Positions 35,905 to 46,149 are shown, numbered from the stretch's first letter. The stretch: DNA of 64,000 nt from Eubacteriales bacterium (GCA_031553855.1 JAVBKW010000003.1:295-64294); one strand, 5' to 3'. Numbers and translations: made by a program. The notes: generated by a model from the letters alone, not told the origin.

Positions 35905-37734
35905 ATGAAGAACGAACACATAAGAAACGTGGCGATAATCGCGCACGTTGACCACGGAAAAACAACGCTTGTCGATCAGATGCTTAAGCAGGGCGGCGTA
36001 TTCCGTTCAAACCAGGTAGTTATGGACAGGGTCATGGACTCCAACGATTTAGAGCGCGAGCGCGGCATAACTATTCTTGCAAAAAACACATCCGTCAAAT
36101 ACGGCAACTATAAAATCAACGTAGTAGACACCCCCGGCCACGCGGATTTCGGCGGCGAGGTAGAGCGTATACTTAAAATGGTCAACGGAGTAGTGCTTGT
36201 CGTGGACGCATACGAGGGAACGATGCCGCAGACGAGGTTTGTTCTTCAAAAGGCGCTGCAGCTTAATCATAAGGTCGTAGTGCTAATTAATAAAATCGAC
36301 CGTCCCGACGCAAGGGTCAAAGAGGTTTTAGACGAGGTTTTAGAATTACTTATGCAGCTGGAGGCTACCGACGAGCAGATCGACAGCCCCGTCGTGTATT
36401 GTTCGGCGCGCGAGGGCGTCTCAAGCCTCAGCGCGACCCAGAAAGGGACGGACTTCATTCCGCTTTTTGAAACGATAGTGCGCCATATACCCGCGCCGGA
36501 CGCCGAGCTAAGCGAGCCGGCGCAAATGCTTATAAGCGCGCTGGATTATTCCGACTACGTGGGCGCCATAGGTATCGGCAGGATAGAGCGCGGCATTTTC
36601 AAGCAGAATATGCCTATCGCCTTAACTAACTTTCATAACGATTCGGGAAAAGCCTCAAGGTCGAAAGTCACCAATATTTACACCTTCGAGGGCCTTGCAA
36701 GAGTCGCAACGGAAGTGGCCGAGGCCGGCGATATAGTCTGCGTTTCGGGCGTAGAGGGCGTAAGCATAGGCGATACGCTTTGCGACGTTAATAATATCGA
36801 GGCGATAGAGTTTCCCAAAATTTCCGAGCCGAGCGTTGAAATGACTTTCTTAGTCAACGATTCGCCGTTTGCCGGAAAAGAGGGCAAATTCGTTACGTCG
36901 CGCCATTTAAGGGCAAGGCTATACAAAGAAGCGGTGCGCGACGTTTCCTTAAGAGTCAACGACGCCGACACGTCTGAGGCGTTTTTGGTTTGCGGCAGGG
37001 GGGAGATGCACCTTTCCGTCCTTATCGAAAATATGCGCCGCGAGGGCTATGAGTTTCAGGTTTCGATGCCGAGAGTCTTATTTAAAGAGGAGGACGGCGT
37101 TAAAACCGAGCCATACGACAGGCTAAGTATCGACGTTCCCACAGAGTCCGTCGGCGTGGTTATGGAGAAAATGGGTATCCGCAAGGGCGAACTTGTAACA
37201 ATGAACGGCGTAAACGAAAGAATGAAGCTTGAGTTTTTGATTCCTGCGCGCGGGCTGTTCGGATATAAATCAGAATTTTTGACAGACACTAAGGGCGAGG
37301 GCGTTTTCAGCTCCGTATTTGAAAAATACGCGCCCTACTGCGGCGAGATCGAACGCCGTCCAAACGGCTCATTAGTAGCATTTGAAACTGGCGATGCCGT
37401 AGTTTACGGATTGTATAACGCTCAAGAGCGGGGAACTCTGTTTATCGGCGCAAACACTAAGGTGTACGAGGGTATGATAGTCGGCGAAAACCCCAAGGGC
37501 GGCGATATCGTGGTGAACGTATGTAAGCGCAAGCAGATGACCAATATGCGCTCATCGGCCTCCGATGAAGCTTTAAGGCTCTCTTCGCCCAAGGTGATGA
37601 GCCTTGAACAGGCGTTAGAGTTTATCGCCGACGACGAGTACATGGAAGTAACGCCGCTCAATATCAGGATACGCAAAAAGATACTTGATAAAGAAATGCG
37701 CGCTAAGTTTGAAAACCGCAAAAAGCAGGATTAA
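35905..37734 (+). CDS. typA: translational GTPase TypA/BipA
   Basis: 609 aa with [17 protein letters not shown] and NKID motifs. Confidence 0.95.
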   Translation: MKNEHIRNVAIIAHVDHGKTTLVDQMLKQGGVFRSNQVVMDRVMDSNDLERERGITILAKNTSVKYGNYKINVVDTPGHADFGGEVERILKMVNGVVLVVDAYEGTMPQTRFVLQKALQLNHKVVVLINKIDRPDARVKEVLDEVLELLMQLEATDEQIDSPVVYCSAREGVSSLSATQKGTDFIPLFETIVRHIPAPDAELSEPAQMLISALDYSDYVGAIGIGRIERGIFKQNMPIALTNFHNDSGKASRSKVTNIYTFEGLARVATEVAEAGDIVCVSGVEGVSIGDTLCDVNNIEAIEFPKISEPSVEMTFLVNDSPFAGKEGKFVTSRHLRARLYKEAVRDVSLRVNDADTSEAFLVCGRGEMHLSVLIENMRREGYEFQVSMPRVLFKEEDGVKTEPYDRLSIDVPTESVGVVMEKMGIRKGELVTMNGVNERMKLEFLIPARGLFGYKSEFLTDTKGEGVFSSVFEKYAPYCGEIERRPNGSLVAFETGDAVVYGLYNAQERGTLFIGANTKVYEGMIVGENPKGGDIVVNVCKRKQMTNMRSSASDEALRLSSPKVMSLEQALEFIADDEYMEVTPLNIRIRKKILDKEMRAKFENRKKQD

Positions 37735-37832
37735 GGCAGAGCGATATTTAGTTGCAAAAAGTAAGTTTTAAGGCAGAGTAATATTCATTCACTGTCTTAT
37801 AAAAAAAGTAAGTTTAAGGGGGCGTTAAAAAA

Positions 37833-39383
37833 TTGCCGTCTGTTAAAAAGAATGAGATCAATAAAAACCATCCTAATTTAGCCGCGCGGATCCTGCCGCA
37901 TAACCTTGAGGCGGAGCAGGCTGTTTTAGGCTGCGTTTTGATCGACGAATATGCGCCGCTGCATATCCTTAACGAATTAAAGCCGGACGATTTTTATTCG
38001 CCGGCTCACACTAAAATTTTCGAGGCGATGCTCGAAATAATGCATAAGGATAAACCCGTCGATATCGTTATGCTTGTACAAGAGCTTGAAACTATGGGCG
38101 AAACGGAGAACGCAGGCGGCCTTACATATTTAACGACGCTGTCAAATATTGTGCCGTCCGCCTCCAATTACGCGCATTATACCGATATTGTCAAGAAAAA
38201 TTCGATGCTAAGAAGGCTTATCGCGTCGGCGCAAAAAATAACCGATAAAGCCTTCACCGGCGACCCTGACGACGACGCGCTCAAATTTGCCGAAGGGGAA
38301 ATTTATACTTTGGCCGAAAAGCTGGATAAATCCTCCCTTGCAGAAGCGCGCGAGGCGGTCAAAGCGGCTATCGATAAAATGGAATTTTTGTTCAACAACC
38401 CAAACGCGCTGCGCGGCATTCCCACGGGATTTAAGCGTCTGAACGACCTTTTGAACGGCCTTCAGCCCTCCGACCTTATCTTAATTGCAGCACGTCCCGG
38501 CCAGGGAAAAACTAGTATCGGCATGAATATTATCCAGCACGCGGCGCTCGATAACAACCGCCGCACCGAGGCGGGCAAGCCCGACCCTTACAAATGCGCC
38601 GTTTTTTCGCTGGAAATGCCCGCAGTCCAGCTTGCGCGCAGAATGCTTTGTTCCGTCTCTAAGGTGTCGCTGCGAAACGCCAGCAAGGGCGACCTTAAAC
38701 CCGACGAATGGAAACGCCTGCACGCGGGCAAGGCGCTCCTTGACCGCGCCCATATTTATATAGACGATTCTTCCCTTACAACGCCTATCGAAATTTTATC
38801 TAAATGCCGCCGCTTAAAGCGTGAAAAGGGGCTCGACCTTATTATGGTCGATTACCTTCAGCTGATGAGCTCGGGTAAAAAGGTTGAAAACCGCCAGCAG
38901 GAAGTCGCGGACATTACAAGGACGATGAAGATCGCCGCAAAAGAGCTTAACGTGCCTATTTTACTGCTCAGCCAGATGTCGCGCGAGGTGGAGAAAAGGC
39001 AGACGAAACGCCCGCAGATGTCGGACTTAAGAGAATCCGGCGCGATAGAGCAGGACGCGGATATTATTATGTTTATCTACCGCGAGCATGATCCGCACGA
39101 TTTGAGCATAGACGAGGCCACGAGAAACAAGGTTGAACTTGTCATCGCCAAGCACCGTAACGGCGAAACGGGCGATATCGAGCTGAAATGGCGCGGAGAA
39201 TGGGTCTCTTTTGAGGACGTCGATTCCTCGGCCGCCCTTGAAAGCCGCGTGCCGCCGGCAAAGGACGAGGGCGGAAGCTTTGTAATGGCCGACGATTCAG
39301 CGCCCGCGCAGGTGTCGTCGATGACGACGGAGGAAATTTTGTCGGTCCGGCCTGAGAGCGGAAACGACGACGATATTTTTTAG
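37833..39383 (+). CDS. dnaB: replicative DNA helicase (DnaB family; DnaC in Bacillus nomenclature) with an acidic C-terminal extension of about 65 aa
   Basis: 516 aa with PHNLEAEQAVLG, Walker A ARPGQGKTS, DYLQLM and RESGAIEQDAD motifs. TTG start with GGGGG SD. Confidence 0.9.
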   Translation: MPSVKKNEINKNHPNLAARILPHNLEAEQAVLGCVLIDEYAPLHILNELKPDDFYSPAHTKIFEAMLEIMHKDKPVDIVMLVQELETMGETENAGGLTYLTTLSNIVPSASNYAHYTDIVKKNSMLRRLIASAQKITDKAFTGDPDDDALKFAEGEIYTLAEKLDKSSLAEAREAVKAAIDKMEFLFNNPNALRGIPTGFKRLNDLLNGLQPSDLILIAARPGQGKTSIGMNIIQHAALDNNRRTEAGKPDPYKCAVFSLEMPAVQLARRMLCSVSKVSLRNASKGDLKPDEWKRLHAGKALLDRAHIYIDDSSLTTPIEILSKCRRLKREKGLDLIMVDYLQLMSSGKKVENRQQEVADITRTMKIAAKELNVPILLLSQMSREVEKRQTKRPQMSDLRESGAIEQDADIIMFIYREHDPHDLSIDEATRNKVELVIAKHRNGETGDIELKWRGEWVSFEDVDSSAALESRVPPAKDEGGSFVMADDSAPAQVSSMTTEEILSVRPESGNDDDIF

Positions 39384-39451
39384 AAGGTTTCTAAAACTGC
39401 ACAAAACAACAAAAACGATCGTAAAGAATAAAAATAAGGAATCAAAATAAA

Positions 39452-40369
39452 ATGGTTGAAGTAAAAAAGATTGATTTTTTAGGATGGAAGGATTGCCTTT
39501 TACTCACAAACGGCAGCGTTAAGGTCGTGGTCACAACGGCGGTAGGCCCCAGGATCATCAGCCTGACGATCAATAATAAAGCCGAACATATGACTATTTT
39601 TGAAGAGAGCAAGGGCAAAAGCGGAGGAGACGGGTTTGTTGCATACGGCGGCCACAGAGTCTGGCATGCGCCGGAGGAATCCGTCCGCACTTATTTTCCG
39701 GATAATGAGCCTTGCGTATATGAGATAAAGGGCAATACGGTCAGCGTTATGCACAAGGAAAAGGAAACGGGCCTTACTAAGGGCGTCGTTATCGAGATGG
39801 AAGAGTCCGGCTCGATAACCGTCAATAACGTTATTGCCAACGACGGCTTTTTCGACGTTGAGCTGTCCGTCTGGGGGCTCACGCAACTTGACCCTAACGG
39901 TATGCTCGTCATCCCTAACAGCCGTCTGGATACGGGGCTAGTGGGCAACAGGGCGGTTTCAATGTGGCCGTATTCAAAAATGAACGACAAGCGCGTTTAC
40001 TGGGGCGATAAATTTATATGCGTCACTCCCGACACTAAGGCCGTTTCGCCGTTTAAGCTCGGTTCGACGGTAGACGAGGGGTATGCCGCATACTTTAATC
40101 ACGGGCAGTTACTGCTCAAAGAATTTGAACACTATTATAACGCCGACTACCCCAACTATTTCTGCAACTTTGAAACGTATACTAATAAGGATATGATAGA
40201 GTTCGAGTCGCTCTCGCCCATTATGACTGTAGAGCCGGGCGAGGTGGCGGTAAGCGTTGAAAAATGGCATTTTGCAGACGATATAAAAAAGCCCGGCGCC
40301 TTAGACGAGGACGCTATCGAAAAGGCTGTAAAATCGGTGCTGGACAAAGTAAGAAAAGACGGGGAATAG
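39452..40369 (+). CDS. hypothetical cytoplasmic protein (possibly mutarotase-like beta-sandwich)
   Basis: 305-aa ORF. The family assignment is only a weak impression. Confidence 0.5.
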   Translation: MVEVKKIDFLGWKDCLLLTNGSVKVVVTTAVGPRIISLTINNKAEHMTIFEESKGKSGGDGFVAYGGHRVWHAPEESVRTYFPDNEPCVYEIKGNTVSVMHKEKETGLTKGVVIEMEESGSITVNNVIANDGFFDVELSVWGLTQLDPNGMLVIPNSRLDTGLVGNRAVSMWPYSKMNDKRVYWGDKFICVTPDTKAVSPFKLGSTVDEGYAAYFNHGQLLLKEFEHYYNADYPNYFCNFETYTNKDMIEFESLSPIMTVEPGEVAVSVEKWHFADDIKKPGALDEDAIEKAVKSVLDKVRKDGE

Positions 40370-40440
40370 CAGGCTTTTAATAAGATTAAATATAGGTTAA
40401 CATCGGCCGGCTTTAACTCAGCCGATATTATAGGAAGAAG

Positions 40441-41568
40441 ATGGCAACAGAACCGCAAAATAGTAAACGCGCTAAAAAAGGAATAGTGATCGGCCTTATC
40501 GGCCTTGCGCTAAATTTTTTGCTGGGCGCCTCTAAGCTTATCGCGGGGATTTTAACCGGCAGCGTCGCCATTCTTACAGACGCCGTCAATAATTTTTCAG
40601 ACTCGGGCGCAAGCGTCGTTACGAGCGTGTCGTTCGCGCTTTCGAGCCGTAAAGCGGATAAGGAGCATCCCTACGGCCACGGCAGGTACGAATACGTCGC
40701 AAGCTTTATTATCGGATTATTTATCGTTTTTGTCGGATTCCAGTTCGTAATTGAGAGCGTCAAAAAGATTTTTGCTCCCTCGGCGGTGGACGTCAGCGTT
40801 ATCGGCGTAGTAATTTTAGTTTCGTCGGTGGCGGTCAAGCTGTTTATGCTGTTTTTCTATCGCGTCAGCGCAAAAAAACTGGGCTCCGACTCGCTTTACG
40901 CCGCTTCCGCCGACAGTCTTTCAGACTGCCTTATAACAAGCGTGGTTTTAGTCGCATTCATTATGTGCAAAATATTTCCGTCTCTGCCGTTCAGTATAGA
41001 CGGAGCATGCGGCGTGCTGGTTTCTGTGTTTGTCATAATAAGCGGAGTAAAAATAGTTATAAAAACTATCGGCAAGCTGTTAGGCAACGGCGGCGACCTT
41101 AAACTGGGCGAAAAAGTGTACGAGCTTATTTGCGCCGAGCCCTTGATAATCGGCGCGCATGACTTAAGGCTGCACGACTATGGCCCGGGCGTGCGTATCG
41201 GCTCGGTGCATGCGGAATTCGACAAGGACCTTTCGATAACGCAGGCTCACGACATCATCGACAGGCTTGAAAAAGAAGTAATGGCGCAACTGGGCGTAGA
41301 CCTTGTGATACACGTAGACCCCATAAACATATCGGACCCCGTCCTTAACAAGCTGCGCGCCGTTATAACTGCTGTAATAAAAATGTACCGCAACTCCTCG
41401 ATTCACGAGCTGGCTATCGACTACGAGGCTAAGGCCATATCCTTTCATATCCAGCTTCCTGTAAAATACGAGGAAATATCGCATCAGATAAAAGACGTTT
41501 TAAGCGCGGAAATTGCCAAAACCTTCGGCGATTATACTTTAGACATAGGAATAGATTTAATAAACTAG
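40441..41568 (+). CDS. cation diffusion facilitator (CDF) family transporter
   Basis: 375 aa with 6 TM, DAVNNFSD and HPYGHGR motifs and a C-terminal cytoplasmic domain. Confidence 0.85.
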   Translation: MATEPQNSKRAKKGIVIGLIGLALNFLLGASKLIAGILTGSVAILTDAVNNFSDSGASVVTSVSFALSSRKADKEHPYGHGRYEYVASFIIGLFIVFVGFQFVIESVKKIFAPSAVDVSVIGVVILVSSVAVKLFMLFFYRVSAKKLGSDSLYAASADSLSDCLITSVVLVAFIMCKIFPSLPFSIDGACGVLVSVFVIISGVKIVIKTIGKLLGNGGDLKLGEKVYELICAEPLIIGAHDLRLHDYGPGVRIGSVHAEFDKDLSITQAHDIIDRLEKEVMAQLGVDLVIHVDPINISDPVLNKLRAVITAVIKMYRNSSIHELAIDYEAKAISFHIQLPVKYEEISHQIKDVLSAEIAKTFGDYTLDIGIDLIN

Positions 41569-41578
41569 AGGTAGGAAA

Positions 41579-43132
41579 ATGGACTGGTTGAATTATTTGA
41601 TTTTAGCGCTCTACTTTGTGCTGATTTTCGGCATCGCGTTCTTAACGCGTAAGAAAAGCGGAAACTTAAACGACTTTTTGCTTGCGGGGAAGGGTATGAG
41701 CGGCATAATGACCGCGTTTGCCTACGGCACTACATATTTTTCGGCGGTAATCTTTATCGGTTATGCCGGGAAAAACGGTTATAACTTCGGACTTGCCGCA
41801 ACGTGGATAGGCATAGGCAACGCAATTATCGGCTCTCTGCTCCCATGGCTTTTGCTTGCTAAGCGCACAAGACGCATGACGCATCATTTTTCAACCCGCA
41901 CAATGCCGGAACTGTTTGAGGCAAGGTATCAGTCAAAGTATATCAAGCTTATATGCGCTTCTATTATTTTCGTTTTCCTTATCCCGTATTCGGCAAGCGT
42001 ATATCAAGGCCTTTCATACTTGTTCGAGCAGGTTTTTAACATCAAATTTTGGATAGTCGTATTGATAATGGCGGGCATTACCGCGGTATATCTGTTTTTC
42101 GGCGGATATTTTGCAACGGTCGTCACCGACTTTTTACAGGGCTTGATAATGCTTGCCGGCGTTGTGGTTATGATCGCGTTTGTTTTAAACCACGAAAAGG
42201 TGGGCGGAGCTGTCGAAGGGTTTACAAGGTTATTTGCCGACGAGCTGGGCTTTTTTAAGCCGCTGGCGGGCAACAAATGGTATACGCTCATCGCTATGGT
42301 TTTTTTAACAAGCGTCGGCACATGGGGCCTGCCGCAGATCGTGCATAAGTTCTATACCGTCCGCAGTGAAAAAGCCGTTAAGCAAGCCGCTTATGTTTCG
42401 TCGGGTTTTGCGCTTATCATCGGCGTTTGCGCATATCTTGCCGGTTGCTTTGCCCGATATATTTTGGACGCGCAAACCGTAGGCAATCTTGTGGCGACGG
42501 GGCAGGAAGATAAAATTATGCCTATGGTGCTGATCGAGGCGCTGCCGGCAGGGCTTATGGGGCTAATTATTGTGCTGATATTAAGCGCGAGTATGTCCAC
42601 TTTAGCCTCGCTCACTCTTGCAGGCTCAAGCGCGGTTTCGGTGGATCTTTATAAAGGTTATATCAAAAAGGACGCGACCGATAAGCAGACCAATATTTTA
42701 ATGCGCAGCCTCTGCGTTGTGTTTATCGGCGTTTCCGTAGTCATCGCGATAGCTAAGCCAGCAAGCATCATTTCGCTGATGAGCATAAGCTGGGGCGTAC
42801 TTTCGGGCAGTTTTTTAGCTCCTTATATATACGGACTGTACTCAAAAAAAGCGACGAAGGCAGGAGCGTATGCCGGAATATTCACAGGCCTTGGCATAAA
42901 CGTAATAATGTTTATAATCGGACTGATATTAAAAAATCCCACGTTCAGTTTCTATTTCTCGCCGCCCGCCGTCGGGTCGTATTCGATGATGATAGTAATG
43001 ATCGTAATGCCTATTGTGTCGCGCTTTACCAAAAAACCGGACGAAAAAATGCTTGACGAATTGTTTTTTAAGCTCAACATGACTTCAGACCCGCAAATTG
43101 AGGCCGATAAAGCTGAAACAGCAGCCCAGTAA
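41579..43132 (+). CDS. sodium:solute symporter family transporter
   Basis: 517 aa with about 13 TM and an SSF-type architecture. Confidence 0.8.
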   Translation: MDWLNYLILALYFVLIFGIAFLTRKKSGNLNDFLLAGKGMSGIMTAFAYGTTYFSAVIFIGYAGKNGYNFGLAATWIGIGNAIIGSLLPWLLLAKRTRRMTHHFSTRTMPELFEARYQSKYIKLICASIIFVFLIPYSASVYQGLSYLFEQVFNIKFWIVVLIMAGITAVYLFFGGYFATVVTDFLQGLIMLAGVVVMIAFVLNHEKVGGAVEGFTRLFADELGFFKPLAGNKWYTLIAMVFLTSVGTWGLPQIVHKFYTVRSEKAVKQAAYVSSGFALIIGVCAYLAGCFARYILDAQTVGNLVATGQEDKIMPMVLIEALPAGLMGLIIVLILSASMSTLASLTLAGSSAVSVDLYKGYIKKDATDKQTNILMRSLCVVFIGVSVVIAIAKPASIISLMSISWGVLSGSFLAPYIYGLYSKKATKAGAYAGIFTGLGINVIMFIIGLILKNPTFSFYFSPPAVGSYSMMIVMIVMPIVSRFTKKPDEKMLDELFFKLNMTSDPQIEADKAETAAQ

Positions 43133-43190
43133 ACGTCATAAAGTTAAAAAGTGCCGATTAACGTATAATTATATAAATTGTGTCAATAAT

Positions 43191-43229
43191 TACCGCGCAG
43201 GGAAAAAAGCCCCGCGCGGTATTTTTTTT
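43191..43229 (+). terminator. intrinsic terminator after the symporter gene
   Basis: TACCGCGCAGGG-AAAAAAG-CCCCGCGCGGTA followed by T8. Confidence 0.8.
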
Positions 43230-43309
43230 CTCTTACTATATGGATTTTTAAATATATGAAATTGTTTCCCGTATATTTAAGACCGCGCCGAATAAGGAGG
43301 CCGCTTAAA

Positions 43310-43714
43310 ATGAAAAAATTGATTGCTTTTTTGGGTATAGCGGCAATGCTTCTAGGTTTAAGGCTGTTCGATAACGGGCTTCTTAATATCAATCAGCGCG
43401 GCACGTTCACAGTTTTTTCGCGCGGCGGGGCGGAAACGGTTTACAATGACGGCCAAGCCCCCATTTTGTATCGCAGCTCAGGCTACAGCAGGCTCGACGT
43501 TTACGGCGATTATGCGGATGCCTTGAGCGCCCTTAAGGATTTGGGCGCGAAAATGATCCGCAAAGAGCAGGTAGGGGAGTTGACGGTCATATATGCTTAT
43601 TCGCCGTACATCAATCGCTATGAAAAGCTTAGCTTCGGCAAAGTGAACGTTATGGCCGCGGTAGGAGGCGGCAAGGTGGTTTACGGAAGCCCTCTAATCA
43701 AAGGGAGTTATTAA
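43310..43714 (+). CDS. small secreted/anchored hypothetical protein
   Basis: MKKLIAFLGIAAMLLGL signal-like N-terminus. Start moved to ATG 43310 (SD AAGGAGG). Confidence 0.6.
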   Translation: MKKLIAFLGIAAMLLGLRLFDNGLLNINQRGTFTVFSRGGAETVYNDGQAPILYRSSGYSRLDVYGDYADALSALKDLGAKMIRKEQVGELTVIYAYSPYINRYEKLSFGKVNVMAAVGGGKVVYGSPLIKGSY

Positions 43715-43744
43715 CAAGATTATAAATAAGCTTTTAAAAAATTA

Positions 43745-43895
43745 TAAAAGGTATTAAACCGCAGGGCAGAGCCCTGCACCCGCGCGGCAATGCCGCGCTT
43801 TGCGCAGCAGAGCTACGGGGTTTTAAATCTTTTGCGGCGGGCGCATTGAGAGGAATAAAAGCAAGCTTTCATTCCCCCAAATGCTACTTGATAAA
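43745..43895 (+). repeat. structured intergenic repeat family A, copy 3
   Basis: Aligns with 9548-9698. It contains hairpins GCAGGGC-AGA-GCCCTGC, GCGCGGC-AAT-GCCGCGC and GGAATAAAAGC-AA-GCTTTCATTCC. Confidence 0.85.
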
Positions 43896-43971
43896 AAGCA
43901 ATTCAAGAAAAAAATGTATAAAAAAAAATAAGCTGGCAATAATCACCAGCACGGAGGTTAAAAATAAAAAT

Positions 43972-44583
43972 ATGAGAACATATCAGAACAGCACGAAAGA
44001 AAAAAAGAAAATGACCAGAAAAACGGCGTACATCATTGCGCTTGCGTTATCAATTGTGGCGATCGCGACTATTATCACGCTTTCGCTCACCCTCGGCGGA
44101 AAAGTACCGACCGACAATAAGCCCGGCGACCCTGTCGATAACGACCCGGTTCCCCCTGTGCCCGTATTTACGGTGCCCGTAGACAGCTTTAGTCTGGGGA
44201 TGAAAGCGGAACTGACAAGGATAGTTTATATGTCTACAATGAGAAATTGGAGTACGCATAACGGCCTCGACTTTTTAGCGGATGCAGGCTCGAAAGTTTA
44301 CGCCGTTACCGACGGAACAGTAAAATCCGTCGTAAACACCTCGCTTGAATCAACGGTTATCGAAATCGAGCACGCAGGCGGGCTTATTTCGTACTATAAA
44401 GGCCTAGCAGAGGAAGTGCAGGTTAAGGTAGGAGACGCGGTTAAAAGCGGAGACCATATCGGGGCTGTAGCGGAAGTAATGTCGCTCGAACGCGACTACG
44501 GCTCGCACCTGCATTTGGAAATGACGCTCAAAGGCAAGCTTGTAGACCCTATGACGTATCTTCCCGAACTCGGCGACAAATAA
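43972..44583 (+). CDS. M23 family metallopeptidase with N-terminal TM anchor
   Basis: HNGLDFLADAGSKVYAVTDG and HLHLEM motifs. Start moved to ATG 43972 (SD ACGGAGG) because the track start lies in repeat A. Confidence 0.85.
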   Translation: MRTYQNSTKEKKKMTRKTAYIIALALSIVAIATIITLSLTLGGKVPTDNKPGDPVDNDPVPPVPVFTVPVDSFSLGMKAELTRIVYMSTMRNWSTHNGLDFLADAGSKVYAVTDGTVKSVVNTSLESTVIEIEHAGGLISYYKGLAEEVQVKVGDAVKSGDHIGAVAEVMSLERDYGSHLHLEMTLKGKLVDPMTYLPELGDK

Positions 44584-44593
44584 TAAGGCGGCA

Positions 44594-44684
44594 ATAATCA
44601 GGCATAAATAAAATAAAGCATAAATAATTCGGCATAAATAATCAAGCATAAACAAAATAAAGCATAATAATCAGGCATAAACAA
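44594..44684. repeat. six dispersed copies of RGCATAAA in an A-rich tract
   Basis: GCATAA at 44602, 44618, 44632, 44646, 44662 and 44675 (spacing 13-16). Confidence 0.8.
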
Positions 44685-44685
44685 A

Positions 44686-44719
44686 ACAGGCTGCCCTAAA
44701 AAACGGACAGCCTGTTTTA
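44686..44719. terminator. bidirectional terminator between the M23 peptidase and degV genes
   Basis: ACAGGCTG..CAGCCTGT hairpin flanked by A and T runs. Confidence 0.75.
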
Positions 44720-44774
44720 CTTTAATAATGGCCTTATTTTTTATCTTTAACAGCAGGGAAGTTTCCCAAAAAGG

Positions 44775-45629
44775 CTATTTCTGCATGCCGTCGTTGAAGT
44801 AAAGGATGCCTAAGGTATTTTTTCCGCAGTGGCTCGTAACTGTGCCGCCTGCGCGGGTCACAAGGATTTCCTTGAACGGGTACCGTTCTTTTATTTTTGC
44901 CTTGACCGTTTCCACGACTTCGTCGGGAGCCGTTGTGTAGGTTATAAAAATGCGCGTTAAGTCGGGGGTGTTGTAGGTGGACAGGACGTCGTCTACATAT
45001 TTGTCTACGGCCTTATCCCAGCGGCTCATATATTTTTTGCCGACCACCATTTTGCCGTCTTTAAGCATGATCATTGGCTTTATTTTGAGTATGCCCGAAA
45101 AGAACGCCGCCACGCCGCTGCACCTGCCGCCTTTGTGCAGGAACTCGAGTGAATCGACTACGAATGAGGCCTGCGAATTCAAGACGCGTGCCTGAACCTT
45201 TTGATAGATATCTTTGCCGCCCAGCCCCTTTGCCGCAAGATCGCACGCGTAAAGCACGCTAAGGCCCGCGCCGGTCGAGAGCGACATAGAATCGACTACA
45301 TATACGCCTTCCATAGTTTTTGCCGCCGCCGCCGCGTTATTGTAGGAGGCCGAAAGCGTGTTTGAAATAGTAAAATGCACAAGCTCGCCGCCCTCGGGTT
45401 TGCTGGCTTTAAAGAACTCGGCGTATTCTTCCATACCCCTTGCCGCGGTTTTAGGCGTTTTGCCGCTTTTTGCCACGTATTCATAGATTTCGTCGGGCAT
45501 TCCGGCATAGTCGGCCTTGCTAACGTCGCCGAGGTTTATCATAAGGGGAAACATTGATATATCGTATTTACTGTATAATTCAGGGCTTAGATCCGAAATA
45601 CTGTCGGTGGAAATTTTGACTTTGGCCAT
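44775..45629 (-). CDS. DegV family fatty-acid-binding protein
   Basis: 284 aa, MAKVKISTDSISDL.. with the typical DegV pattern. Promoter TTGACT-17-TATATT is on the minus strand upstream. Confidence 0.88.
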   Translation of the reverse strand: MAKVKISTDSISDLSPELYSKYDISMFPLMINLGDVSKADYAGMPDEIYEYVAKSGKTPKTAARGMEEYAEFFKASKPEGGELVHFTISNTLSASYNNAAAAAKTMEGVYVVDSMSLSTGAGLSVLYACDLAAKGLGGKDIYQKVQARVLNSQASFVVDSLEFLHKGGRCSGVAAFFSGILKIKPMIMLKDGKMVVGKKYMSRWDKAVDKYVDDVLSTYNTPDLTRIFITYTTAPDEVVETVKAKIKERYPFKEILVTRAGGTVTSHCGKNTLGILYFNDGMQK

Positions 45630-45911
45630 TTTAGTTACCTTCTTTAAACTAGATTATTAACCGCTCAGATTTATCTACTTAAAATATAGAACATTCTCGT
45701 CAATTAGTCAAGTTATATAAGTGAAAAGTATGTGAAAACAGGGCGTGTCTTAAAATTCTAGCGCCCTGTCTTTTTGCAAGGTTTTAAAGCGTTTAAAAAC
45801 TTTTACTATTATTTCCAACGCCTTTATTATGGTTTTTAGTATAAAAAAAATATAAGCTTTCATACTATTATTGTAGCGGTTAACATCCGTTGCAAAGGAG
45901 TAAAGAGCATT

Positions 45912-46016
45912 ATGGCTAACACGCAGAACAAGGCTAAAACTAATGCGAAAACTAATGCAAGGTCGACTTCGGCAACAAAGTCCAAGACGACTTCAAAAGC
46001 AAAAGCTTGCAAGTAG
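45912..46016 (+). CDS. candidate small basic protein (34 aa), not in the ORF track
   Basis: Own translation: MANTQNKAKTNAKTNARSTSATKSKTTSKAKACK. AAGGAG lies 11-12 nt upstream, and a strong terminator hairpin follows immediately. Confidence 0.45.
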   Translation: MANTQNKAKTNAKTNARSTSATKSKTTSKAKACK

Positions 46017-46027
46017 TTTGACCCTTA

Positions 46028-46073
46028 CGAAAAAGACTGTCCTTTTAATTAAATAGGACAGTCTTTTCGTTTA
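46028..46073. terminator. bidirectional intrinsic terminator
   Basis: CGAAAAAGACTGTCC...GGACAGTCTTTTCG followed by TTT. Confidence 0.8.
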
Positions 46074-46149
46074 TACCGCAGGCAAAACTTTGCGGCAAAT
46101 ATGGGATTTTTAATCCGCCGCCTTCAAAAGCGGCCAAAACTTCAAAAAT

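Noticed and set aside
37728-37832. Imperfect direct repeats (TTAAGGCAGAG x2; AAAAAGTAAGTTT(T)AAGG x2) between typA and the helicase gene
   Set aside because: The repeats are short and degenerate, with only two copies in AT-rich spacer. This is consistent with a local slippage duplication, and nothing suggests function.
45738-45775. Orphan hairpin ACAGGGCG...CGCCCTGT plus T5 between the degV promoter and the small basic ORF, considered as a possible sRNA terminator
   Set aside because: I found no convincing promoter on either strand that would feed it. A and T runs flank it on both sides, so it is most simply a bidirectional insulator or terminator. The evidence is too weak for an sRNA call.
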